DNA of 63,877 nt, counting the filler, from an uncultured bacterium (GTDB taxonomy: Bacteria > CAYJRR01), in NCBI GenBank assembly GCA_964372275.1. It is 5 parts of 5 records of this genome, joined end to end, with 100 filler letters (N's around TTAATTAATTAA, not from the genome) between each part and the next. Parts side by side here need not be neighbours in the genome. Positions count along the whole stretch, not along the records: positions 1 to 14,328 come from CAYJRR010000115.1; positions 14,429 to 28,703 come from CAYJRR010000116.1; 3 more parts are not named here. One strand, given 5' to 3'. Positions 8,575 to 17,060 of the stretch are shown here, one piece after another (position 1 is the stretch's first letter; each line of letters opens with the position of its first letter). The notes below the pieces were generated by a model. It did no database searches. It was not told the origin of the DNA and saw only the letters and a program-made list of their open reading frames with translations. Both the position numbers and the translations under genes were made by a program.

Positions 8575-9071
8575 CAGCGCACCCCGCGCCGGAGCGCGCG
8601 ACCCGCTTCGCGCCGGCTCTCCCGCTCCTTGATGTCCTCGCGCCGGTCGAACTCCTTCTTCCCCTTCGCCAGGCCGAGGAGCACCTTCGCGCGCCCCTTC
8701 TTCCAATACATCTTCAGCACCACCAGGGTGTACCCCTTCTCGCGGACCCTCCCCTCGAGCCGCCCGATCTCCGCGGCGTGCGCCAGGAGCTTCCGCACCC
8801 GCAGAGGCTCGTGGTTGTGCACGTTTCCGTGCGCGTAGGGCTGGATCTGGACGTTGGAGAGGAACAGCTCCCCGTTGCGCACGTAGGCGTAGCCGTCCTG
8901 CAGCACGACGCGTCCTTCGCGCAACGATTTCACCTCCGTCCCGCGCAGCACGATCCCCGCCTCGAGCGTCTCGTCGACGTGGTAGTCGTGGCGCGCCTTT
9001 CGGTTCTCGGCGATGAGCGTCTCCGCTTCCGCACCGGTCCGCGCCTTGCCGGCCTTGCTTTCGCGGCTCAT
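8574..9071 (-). CDS. smpB: SsrA-binding protein SmpB
   Basis: IAENRKARHDY, EAGIVLRGTEVKSLREG, HEPLRVRKLL, GLAKGKKEFDRREDIK. Confidence 0.98.
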   Translation of the reverse strand: MSRESKAGKARTGAEAETLIAENRKARHDYHVDETLEAGIVLRGTEVKSLREGRVVLQDGYAYVRNGELFLSNVQIQPYAHGNVHNHEPLRVRKLLAHAAEIGRLEGRVREKGYTLVVLKMYWKKGRAKVLLGLAKGKKEFDRREDIKERESRREAGRALRRGVR

Positions 9072-10699
9072 CCCTTCTCCAGCTTCAACCGCTGCGCGAC
9101 CTCGCGGACGCGGCCGTCGGGGTCCCCGGCGGCGACGACGGCGATCGCGGCGCGGTCGTCGGGCCCGAGCTGCGGCCAGCCGTCGTAGGCGCGGAGCGCC
9201 GAGTGGCGGTTGCGCACCGACGGACTGCCCAGCAGCAGCCGCAGGAACCCCCCGCCCGATCCCGGGAACCGCGCCAGGCCGCGCGCCAGCGCATCGCAGA
9301 TCTCGAAACGCGGGAAGTCCGGTCCGAACCCCAGGCTGGTGTCGGGGCCGACGGCGAACAGGCGGTCGAGCCGCAACAGCTGCGGCGCGATGCGCGTCGC
9401 CCGCTCCATCCCTTCGCGGTCGGCCTGGTCGGCGAGATCGCACCAGGCGCCGACGTCGGTCGGGTCGGCGCCGACGACGAACTCCAGCTCGGTCGCCATC
9501 GGCACGCCGAGGACCCGGCAGACGCCGCGCGCCTTCCAGCGGTCGGCGATATCGCCGTTCTGCAACACCGCGAGCGCGGCATCGCGCCAGCGGTCCGGCC
9601 GCAGGAACGCCTCGGCTTTGCCCCGGATCTCCTCGCGGGTGGCCTCGTCCCACCCGAGCTCCGCCCACCGCGCCGGATCGGAGGCCACCGTCTCCTCGAC
9701 GAACTGCCGCAGCGTCGCCACCGCCAGGAAGGCGTCGAGACGCTCCGCCACCGGCGATCCGGGCTCGGCCACCGCCCGCACGTATCGCGCCGCCGCCAAC
9801 GCGCCTTGCGGGTAGTCGGCCATCTCGCCGCCCGGACCGCCCTGCGCCGCGTCCTCCGCCAACGACGAAAGGATCACGCCGGCGCCGAGAAGCAGCGCCG
9901 GATCGTGGGGCGCCGCCCCCAGCGCCTCGTGGAGCGCGGCGGCGGTCGCGACCTCCAGCGCCAGGTATCCGTGCTGGACGCCGTTTTCGCAGCCGCTGCG
10001 GAGCAGGAACCCGGCGATCTCGTCCCGGCGGCCACCGGCATCCGGGAGCTTCTCGATCAATGCGTGGACCGCGTGGATCTTCCCCCACCCGGAGAGTGCG
10101 CGCGCGAACGCCAGCCAAGAGTCGATCGGATCGGAGAAGATCGCGTCGAGGCTGTCGATCGCGTAGAGCGTGAACTCGTCGTGCAGTCCGGCCGTTTCCA
10201 GGAGCTCCCGGTCCTCGGGGCCGCCGAAGGCGCCGAGCAGGGAGAGCGCCAACTTCATGCAATCGCGTTGCTCGGTCTCCCGAGCCAGCCGACGCAGCGC
10301 CTCCGGGAGCGCCTGCCGCGCCAACGACTGCTCGTCGTCGAGCACGCGCTCCAACCGGTCGAGCACCGGACCGACGAACGGGACGAACGGCTCGTCGCCG
10401 ACGACGCGCACCACCAGCGATTCGAGCGCCGAGCGCTCGGCCTCGCCGGGCTGGCGCGCGTAGCCCATCAGTGCATCGACGATCGGCGCGATCTGCCGGA
10501 TCCCGGGCGGCTTGCGCGTGACGTGGAAGACCGCCACGCCGTCGCGCGCGCCGGCCGCCCAACGGATCCTCGGACCGCCGTAGGGGGCGGGATCGTCGGC
10601 CGGTTCGTCCGGCAGCGGGCCGACGGACGGAGTGGTGGCCGCGGGCGGACCTCCGCCCGGGAGGCGGCTCGATCGGATGTGCTCGAAGAGGCTCGCCAT
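9068..10699 (-). CDS. Hypothetical HEAT/ARM-like alpha-helical repeat protein
   Basis: 543-aa ORF whose stop overlaps the smpB start (ATGA). Motifs GLHDEFTLYA, GWGKIHAV and a HEAT-like C-terminal DPDGRVREVA. Confidence 0.65.
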   Translation of the reverse strand: MASLFEHIRSSRLPGGGPPAATTPSVGPLPDEPADDPAPYGGPRIRWAAGARDGVAVFHVTRKPPGIRQIAPIVDALMGYARQPGEAERSALESLVVRVVGDEPFVPFVGPVLDRLERVLDDEQSLARQALPEALRRLARETEQRDCMKLALSLLGAFGGPEDRELLETAGLHDEFTLYAIDSLDAIFSDPIDSWLAFARALSGWGKIHAVHALIEKLPDAGGRRDEIAGFLLRSGCENGVQHGYLALEVATAAALHEALGAAPHDPALLLGAGVILSSLAEDAAQGGPGGEMADYPQGALAAARYVRAVAEPGSPVAERLDAFLAVATLRQFVEETVASDPARWAELGWDEATREEIRGKAEAFLRPDRWRDAALAVLQNGDIADRWKARGVCRVLGVPMATELEFVVGADPTDVGAWCDLADQADREGMERATRIAPQLLRLDRLFAVGPDTSLGFGPDFPRFEICDALARGLARFPGSGGGFLRLLLGSPSVRNRHSALRAYDGWPQLGPDDRAAIAVVAAGDPDGRVREVAQRLKLEKG

Positions 10700-10760
10700 C
10701 GGGGAGTCGACATGATGCCGGCTGGGAGGCCGGCGAACAACCCCGGGTCGGTCCCGCTCG

Positions 10761-11771
10761 TCACTCGACCGACACGCGCACCCGATCGATCACCTTCGGC
10801 TCCAGCGACGTGTGGTCGTTGTTCATCAGCCGGACGAAGACGTCGATCTCGCCCACCGGAACGTTGGCCAGGTTCATCTCCGTCCGATAGCCCTCCTGCC
10901 ATTGGTGCGCCGAGTCGTAACCGTTGACGTAGACGTGGAAGTGGCCCACCCCCGGCTCGTTCCCGCCCCCGGCGGCGTCGCCGTCGACGTGAAAGCTCGC
11001 CACGGAGACGCGCAACGGCTCCCGGCGGGCGATCGTCGCGCCATTCTCGGGGTGGACGATCGCGATGCGTGGCGCGTTCTCCGGCACCACCACCTCGACG
11101 CGGTCGATCACCGCCGGCTCGAACGGCGTCCCGTCCTGGTGATGGAGGCGCACGAACAGCTCCCGGCGTCCGGGGTGGAGGTCGGTGACGACCAGCGGCG
11201 TTTCGTCGGTGACCATCGCCGGTTCGGCCTCCAGGTCGTCGAGATAGGCCTGGAACCGGCCGGAGGTGTAGTTCTCCCACCGCACGGCCAGCTCGGCCGA
11301 CGAGCTGCGGACGACCGAGCCGGAGCCGGGGGTGACGATCTCGACGCGCGGGCTTCCGGAGGGGATCCGCACCGTCACCCTCGACGGCATCGAGCCCGGC
11401 ACCGGCCGGTGATCGTTCTCGAACAGCCGGACGGCAATCTCGTGCGCCCCCGGCACGAGGTCGGTGACCAGGAACCGCCGGTCGGCCCCTTCGCCGCGGG
11501 CGTTCCCGTCGACGTAGACGTGGTAGTGCCCCTGTCCGGCCTGGGCCTCGGCCCCCACCGCGTCGGCGGCGAAGGCGAGTCCGTCGACCCGGACCTCGAG
11601 CCAGACGCTCGACGAGGCGATCTCGTCGCCGTCGTCGGGCGAGACGATCTCGATGCGCGGCGCCACGAGCGACTCCTCCGCGCCGGGGTCCAGAGGGTCG
11701 TCGCACCCGGACGGCGCAACCGTTGCCGCGATCGCCACCGCCCGCCACCGCCGCCGGAGTCCGCCACGCAT
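10761..11771 (-). CDS. Lipoprotein with three tandem Ig-like (DUF4399/DUF6130-like) domains
   Basis: Lipobox-like PSGC; three repeats starting P.(I/V).IV.P..G; GHYHVYVDG and GHFHVYVNG in repeats 1 and 3. Confidence 0.65.
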   Translation of the reverse strand: MRGGLRRRWRAVAIAATVAPSGCDDPLDPGAEESLVAPRIEIVSPDDGDEIASSSVWLEVRVDGLAFAADAVGAEAQAGQGHYHVYVDGNARGEGADRRFLVTDLVPGAHEIAVRLFENDHRPVPGSMPSRVTVRIPSGSPRVEIVTPGSGSVVRSSSAELAVRWENYTSGRFQAYLDDLEAEPAMVTDETPLVVTDLHPGRRELFVRLHHQDGTPFEPAVIDRVEVVVPENAPRIAIVHPENGATIARREPLRVSVASFHVDGDAAGGGNEPGVGHFHVYVNGYDSAHQWQEGYRTEMNLANVPVGEIDVFVRLMNNDHTSLEPKVIDRVRVSVE

Positions 11772-11874
11772 GGCCCTTCACGATGCGGGACGCCCGACCG
11801 GGGGCAAGTCGATCGATCGCCTCGCGCTTTCGCCCGTTGCCATCGGCGCGAAACGCCGGGTAGCGTTGCCGCCG

Positions 11875-12957
11875 ATGGCCCAGAAACTTCCCGTGGCAGT
11901 GGTCGGCGCAACCGGGCTCGCCGGACAGCAGTTCCTCGCGGCGCTGGGGGATCATCCCTACTTCGACGTGGTGCGCATCGCGGCCAGCGAACGGTCCGCG
12001 GGCAAGCGATACGGCGATGCGATCCGCGAAGGCGGACAGAGCCGCTGGTACGCCACCGATCCGCTTCCGCCGCGCTTCGAGTCGCTCGTCGTCGAGAACG
12101 CCGCAGCGCTCGACCCGCGGGGCCTGTCCGCCGTTTTCACCGCGGTGGAGAGCGACGCGGCGCGCGAGCTGGAACCTCGGTACGCGCAGGAGGTGCCGGT
12201 CTTCAGCACCGCCGCCGCCTTCCGCTACGAAGAGGACGTGCCGATCCTGTTGCCCGCGGTCAACGCCGATCACGAGCGGCTGATCGACCGCCAGCGCAAG
12301 GCGCGCGGGTGGAAGGGCTACGTCGTCCCTGTCCCGAACTGCACCACCACCGGGATGGTCCACACGCTGAAGCCCCTCCAGGAGGCGTTCGGACTGCGCT
12401 CGGTGACGATGACCTCGTTGCAGGCCGTCTCCGGCGCCGGCCGGAGCCCCGGCGTGCTCGCCCTGGACATCGTCGACAACGTCATCCCCTACATCGCCAA
12501 GGAAGAGGAGAAGGTCGAGCGCGAGACGCGCAAGATCCTGGGGGTAGAGAAGGACGGCGCGATCGTTCCCGCCGACGTGCGCGTCTCTTGCACCTGCACG
12601 CGGGTCCCGGTGCTCGAAGGGCACACCGAGGCGGTCTTCGCGTCGCTGGGGAGGAAGGCGACACTCGACGAGGTGCGGGCGGCGTGGAGGGGGTGGGGGG
12701 CGCACCTCCGCACCGTCGACCTTCCGAGCCGGCCGGCGTCGTGGATCACGGTGCACGACGATCCGTTCCGGCCGCAGCCGCGCCGCGACCGCGATGCCGA
12801 CGGCGGGATGACCACCTCCGTCGGACGGCTGCGCGAGGACCCGGTGCCGGAGAACGGCGTGAAGTGGGTGCTCGTCTCCCACAACACCAAGATGGGCGCG
12901 GCCAAGGGGGCGATCCTGGCCGCCGAGTACCTTCGCGCTCGCGGATACCTGGGGTAG
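11875..12957 (+). CDS. asd: Aspartate-semialdehyde dehydrogenase (archaeal/fungal-like subtype)
   Basis: VAVVGATGLAGQ, PNCTT catalytic Cys, QAVSGAG, DNVIPYI, CTRVPVLEGH, HNTKMGAA. Confidence 0.95.
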   Translation: MAQKLPVAVVGATGLAGQQFLAALGDHPYFDVVRIAASERSAGKRYGDAIREGGQSRWYATDPLPPRFESLVVENAAALDPRGLSAVFTAVESDAARELEPRYAQEVPVFSTAAAFRYEEDVPILLPAVNADHERLIDRQRKARGWKGYVVPVPNCTTTGMVHTLKPLQEAFGLRSVTMTSLQAVSGAGRSPGVLALDIVDNVIPYIAKEEEKVERETRKILGVEKDGAIVPADVRVSCTCTRVPVLEGHTEAVFASLGRKATLDEVRAAWRGWGAHLRTVDLPSRPASWITVHDDPFRPQPRRDRDADGGMTTSVGRLREDPVPENGVKWVLVSHNTKMGAAKGAILAAEYLRARGYLG

Positions 12958-12971
12958 TCGGCGCGCGGACG

Positions 12972-13283
12972 ATGCCCGCCTTCTGCGTCGCGAAGGAGAA
13001 GGACCTCGCCGACGGCGCGCTCCGCGCCGTGTCGGCAGGGGGGCATCGAATCGCGCTCCTCCGTCTCGGATCGACCGTCCACGCCATCGACGACCGCTGT
13101 CCGCACGCCGGCGGCCCCTTGAGCGAAGGGGCGGTCGAAGGGGGGCTGGTTCGCTGCCCCTGGCACGAGCGCCGCTTCGATCCGCGGACCGGCGCCTGCG
13201 CCGACCACGAGCGCACCCGGCCGGTCGCCTGCTATCCGACGCGCGTCGAATCGGGCGACGTCTGGGTCGACCTCCCGGACTAG
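12972..13283 (+). CDS. Rieske [2Fe-2S] ferredoxin
   Basis: DRCPHAGGPL...VRCPWH Rieske motifs; about 103 aa. Confidence 0.92.
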   Translation: MPAFCVAKEKDLADGALRAVSAGGHRIALLRLGSTVHAIDDRCPHAGGPLSEGAVEGGLVRCPWHERRFDPRTGACADHERTRPVACYPTRVESGDVWVDLPD

Positions 13284-13990
13284 GCGATCGGGAGCGACAG
13301 GCGAACCGTCGTCCCCTGCGGGCCCGTGGAGACGACGTGCACGTCGCCGCCGTGGAGTCGCGCCACGCGGCGCGCGAAGGTCAGGCCGAGGCCCAGGTGG
13401 CCCTGCTTGGTGCTGAGGAACAGCTCGAACGCCCGCTCCTTCGGCTCGAGCTCGATCCCGGGGCCGCGGTCGGCGACGTCGATCCGGAGCGTCCCGTCCT
13501 CCGCGCGCGCCTCGACGGTCGCCTTCGCGGAGGAGGTTTCCAACGCATTCCGTAAGAGCTCGGCCAGGGCCGATTCGAGCAGGTCCGGATTGCCGACGAC
13601 CGCCGGCAGCGGGCCGCCCGGGGTCGAGAGTTCGATCCGGTCGGCGCCGTTCCCCGCCCGGATCCGGGCCAGCGCCCCTTCGAGGATCGAACCGGCCGCC
13701 GCCGTCCGCGACTCGACCACCGCCGCCCCGACGTAGCGCTGGAAGTCGCCGGCGATCCGGTCCAACCGATCGACCTCGGACTGAAGGCTCTTGAGCGCGC
13801 GCGCGTGGAGCGCCTCCTTGCCCGGCTTCGGCTGCGAGACCGACGCCAGGAGGTCGGCGTTGAGCGCCAGCGAGTTGAGCGGCGTGCGCAGCTTGTGGAC
13901 CAGGCGATCGACGTCGTGGACGAGCGCCGTCCGCGCCTCCCCCTCCGCCCCCGCGGGCCCACCCGACGTGAACTGCTCACCGAACCGCAC
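13280..13990 (-). CDS. Sensor-less histidine kinase (HisKA + HATPase)
   Basis: HKLRTPLN H-box, ELLRNALE N-box, DRGPGI G1, FLSTK, GLGL G2. Confidence 0.82.
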   Translation of the reverse strand: MRFGEQFTSGGPAGAEGEARTALVHDVDRLVHKLRTPLNSLALNADLLASVSQPKPGKEALHARALKSLQSEVDRLDRIAGDFQRYVGAAVVESRTAAAGSILEGALARIRAGNGADRIELSTPGGPLPAVVGNPDLLESALAELLRNALETSSAKATVEARAEDGTLRIDVADRGPGIELEPKERAFELFLSTKQGHLGLGLTFARRVARLHGGDVHVVSTGPQGTTVRLSLPIA

Positions 13991-14059
13991 GGCCGCTTCC
14001 GTTAGCCGATGCCCGGTGCGCCGTCAACCGGCGTGACCACGAAAAGCCTCGGAACGTCC

Positions 14060-14328
14060 GTGCGAACCGTTCGCATCGCCTTCACCGCCGCCGCGCTGTG
14101 CGCCGCCTGCGCGGCCGCGCGGCCGCCCCCCTCCGTGCTCATGCCGGCGCTTCCCACGCGCCCGCTCGTCACCGCGGTCGAGTTCGTCGGGGACCGGTCG
14201 GTTCCGGAACGCCGCCTGCGCGCCGCGATCCGGACCGAATCGCCGGGTCCCTTCGGCCGGCCCCGGCCGTTCGATCCGGACCTCGCCGAAGAGGACGCCA
14301 AGCGGATCGAGCGCTTCTATCGGGCGCG
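14060..14328 (+). CDS. POTRA-domain (BamA/TamA-like) lipoprotein, 3'-truncated at contig end
   Basis: Signal peptide with Cys; V..VEFVG...L..AI.T...FDP....D..RIERFY POTRA pattern. Confidence 0.65.
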
Positions 14329-14428
14329 NNNNNNNNNNNNNNNNNNNNNNNNNNNNNNNNNNNNNNNNNNNNTTAATTAATTAANNNNNNNNNNNNNNNN
14401 NNNNNNNNNNNNNNNNNNNNNNNNNNNN
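14329..14428. other. Artificial contig linker
   Basis: N-run, TTAATTAATTAA (stops in all six frames), N-run; 100 nt. Confidence 0.99.
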
Positions 14429-14429
14429 T

Positions 14430-14930
14430 CCGATCTCCGAGGCCGCGCCGGCGTCGGCGGCCGTGAACGCGGCGGCTCCCGCGAACGCCGCCGCGCCCGT
14501 GAACGCGACCACGGCGGCGATCGCGGCCGCGCCCGTGGCCGCGGCGCCAAAGACGACCCCCGCCGCCAGGGCGACGCCGGCGCCCAAGCCGTCGCCGGTG
14601 CCGGTGGCCGCCGCCGAACGGCCGCCGGCGAGCCCCGCTCCGGCGCCGGCTGCGCCGCCCGTGGCCGCGGCCGCGCCCATGGCCCCGGCCGCCACCGGAA
14701 GCGGCACGCTCACCGTCTCCGCGCGTCCGTGGGCCGAGGTGTTCGTCGACGGGAAGCCGATGGCGAAGGGACCCTTCCTGCGCAACAAGGAGCTCCCCAG
14801 CGGCGATCACAAGGTTCGCCTGGTGAACGCCGAGCTACAGTTCGACGAGACCCGCACCGTGCGCATCGAAGCGGGAAAACCGACGAAGGTCGTCGTCAAC
14901 ATCCCCGAGAAGAAGATCACCGTCGAGTGA
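14430..14930 (+). CDS. C-terminal fragment: Ala/Pro linker + PEGA domain (possibly of a Ser/Thr kinase), 5'-truncated
   Basis: GTLTVSARPWAEVFVDG...LPSGDHKVRLVN PEGA pattern after a low-complexity linker. Confidence 0.75.
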   Translation, partial: PISEAAPASAAVNAAAPANAAAPVNATTAAIAAAPVAAAPKTTPAARATPAPKPSPVPVAAAERPPASPAPAPAAPPVAAAAPMAPAATGSGTLTVSARPWAEVFVDGKPMAKGPFLRNKELPSGDHKVRLVNAELQFDETRTVRIEAGKPTKVVVNIPEKKITVE

Positions 14931-14961
14931 CACCCGCGGCGGCGCAACCGCGTCGCGCGGA

Positions 14962-17043
14962 CTATTCGCGAACGCGGACCACGGTCACGGCCTCGGCGAT
15001 CCGGGGCGTCGTGTCGTCGGCGTCGGCGAACGCCCGCACCCGCAGCCGGAGCGCGTAGGTCCCCGCCGCCGCCGGAGCGAAGACCACCGCGCCCGCGGTC
15101 TCCGGCGTGCAGGGGGAGATCGTCGTCGGCGCCAGAGCGCCGTCTTCGAAGGTCCAGGTGCACGCGTAGCGATCGGCGCGCGCGCCGTCGGCGAAGGTGG
15201 CGCCGGCGGGAGCGAACCCCTGCCCGACCCCCGCGTCTACCTCGACGCCGGCGTCGACCGACGGCCCCTGCGACGGAATCGTGCGGTAGAGGTCGACCCG
15301 ACCCCGGTCGCTTTCGAATCCGGGCGAGCCGACGATCAGGTCGAGCAGTCCGTCGGCGTCGAAGTCGACGAGCGCCACCGATCGACCGAGCCGTTGATCG
15401 CCCGCGCCTCCACGGATCGCTTCCCGGTCGTAGACCTCCGGGTTCTCTCCACCCGAATAGAGGACCGCCGCGGCGCCCCGCTCCGACAGGCCCTCGAAGT
15501 CGTGCTCCGGAACGCCGGCGACGATCTCCGAGCGGCCGTCACCGGTGAGGTCGCCCGACGCCAGCGCCCCCCCGATCGCCGCGCCGGCCTCCAGTTCGTC
15601 GTTCGGCAGCACCGTGACCAACGGCGCGTACCCGTAGCGCTCGTCCGAGGTGCGGAAGAAGTGGGTCATCCCCCCGTTCGTCAGCTGGGACAACGTTCCG
15701 TCTCCGAACGGCCCCTCGAATCGGGGCGCGCCGACGGCGACGACCGCGGTTCCGTAGTCGGTGACGAACGGAGCGATCGCGGCGCCGAAGCCGGTGTCGA
15801 TGTTCGGATTTCCCGCCGGATCGAGATCCTCGAGGACGATCGGAGCGGCGAATTCGGCGGAGGTGGTTCCGACCGCCGGCCCCTGCCCCGCGAAGAGGTA
15901 GGCGCGGCCGACGATCCCCGCCCCGTCGTTTCCCGGGGCGCCGACGGCCAGGTCTTCGATCTCGTCCCCCTCCTCGTGATCCCCGTTCGTCCAGACCGGT
16001 AGCCGTCCCAGCCGCGCGACGCTGGAACCGAACGCGGCACCGGCCTCCGAACCGCGCTCGAACCACGCCAGCTTGATCGAATCGACGAGTTCGTTCCCGA
16101 GGTAGACGCCGGCCCAGCCGGCGTCGGCCATCGCTCCGTCGTCTTCGCCGGGGGCGCCGATCGCCAGGTCGCCGCATCCATCGGTGTTGTCGATTCGGTC
16201 GGCCTCGTACGCGGTGATCGCCGCGCCGAAGCGCGCGCCGGGGTGGTTCTCTTCGAACGGGAAGCCGAGCTCCTTCGTGAAGGGATAGCTTCCGTTGCCG
16301 TCGTCGTTCCCTCCCCATACGTAGACCCGGCCGCCTCGGGTCGACTCCTGGTAGTCCGGCTCGCCGACGGCCACGTCCGCGAAGCCATCGCAGTTCACGT
16401 CGGCCCCCGCAAGCGCCTCCCCGTATCGCCCCCCGCCCGTTCCCGATCCCAGGATGACCGATCCGTGCGATCCCGGACGCCCGCCGAGGTACAACGTCAC
16501 GGTTCCCGTGTCGCCGGAGAAGCCGGGGGCGCCGGCCGCCACGTCGTCGATGCGGTCGCCGTTGAAGTCGCCGACCGACGCCACGGCATACCCGAACTCG
16601 TCCCCGTCGTTCGCTCCGACGCCGAGCGTCACCGGCGGACGGAACAGGCCGGCCGGCGGCGTCTTCACCGCGACCGCGAAGGAGGGGGGGCTCTCCGACG
16701 ATCCACGGAGCGAGGTGACGCGGAGGTAGTAGTCGGTGTCGTCGAGCAGGGAGTTCTGGTCGTCGCCGTCGTCGTCGATCCACGCGTACGGCGTCGGGAC
16801 CTCGATCCGGCGGGTGCTCGCCTTCTCGAACGCGTCGCTCGTCGACAGGTAGACGGCGTAGCCGACCGCCCCCTCGACCCCCGACCAGGTCGCGACGACC
16901 GCCTTGAACCCGGGCCGGTAGCGCTCGACGCGCGCCTGGATCCGCGCGGGCGGCCCGATCGGGAGCAGGTCGAGGCGCGAGGTGCACGCCCCGAGGATTC
17001 CCGCCGATGCCATCACCGCCGCCGATCGAACAACGCGTCGCAT
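14962..17043 (-). CDS. FG-GAP/integrin-alpha-repeat lipoprotein with FN3-like N-terminal and PKD-like C-terminal domains
   Basis: Lipobox LGAC; W..VEGAVGY.VY FN3-like segment; repeated FG..VA..GD.NGD...D.A.GAP units. Confidence 0.82.
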   Translation of the reverse strand: MRRVVRSAAVMASAGILGACTSRLDLLPIGPPARIQARVERYRPGFKAVVATWSGVEGAVGYAVYLSTSDAFEKASTRRIEVPTPYAWIDDDGDDQNSLLDDTDYYLRVTSLRGSSESPPSFAVAVKTPPAGLFRPPVTLGVGANDGDEFGYAVASVGDFNGDRIDDVAAGAPGFSGDTGTVTLYLGGRPGSHGSVILGSGTGGGRYGEALAGADVNCDGFADVAVGEPDYQESTRGGRVYVWGGNDDGNGSYPFTKELGFPFEENHPGARFGAAITAYEADRIDNTDGCGDLAIGAPGEDDGAMADAGWAGVYLGNELVDSIKLAWFERGSEAGAAFGSSVARLGRLPVWTNGDHEEGDEIEDLAVGAPGNDGAGIVGRAYLFAGQGPAVGTTSAEFAAPIVLEDLDPAGNPNIDTGFGAAIAPFVTDYGTAVVAVGAPRFEGPFGDGTLSQLTNGGMTHFFRTSDERYGYAPLVTVLPNDELEAGAAIGGALASGDLTGDGRSEIVAGVPEHDFEGLSERGAAAVLYSGGENPEVYDREAIRGGAGDQRLGRSVALVDFDADGLLDLIVGSPGFESDRGRVDLYRTIPSQGPSVDAGVEVDAGVGQGFAPAGATFADGARADRYACTWTFEDGALAPTTISPCTPETAGAVVFAPAAAGTYALRLRVRAFADADDTTPRIAEAVTVVRVRE

Positions 17044-17060
17044 CGAGCTCGCCTCTCCCT

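Noticed and set aside
14329..14428. TTAATTAATTAA palindrome flanked by Ns, occurring four times
   Set aside because: Artificial contig spacer; cross-linker gene neighbourhoods are not biological.
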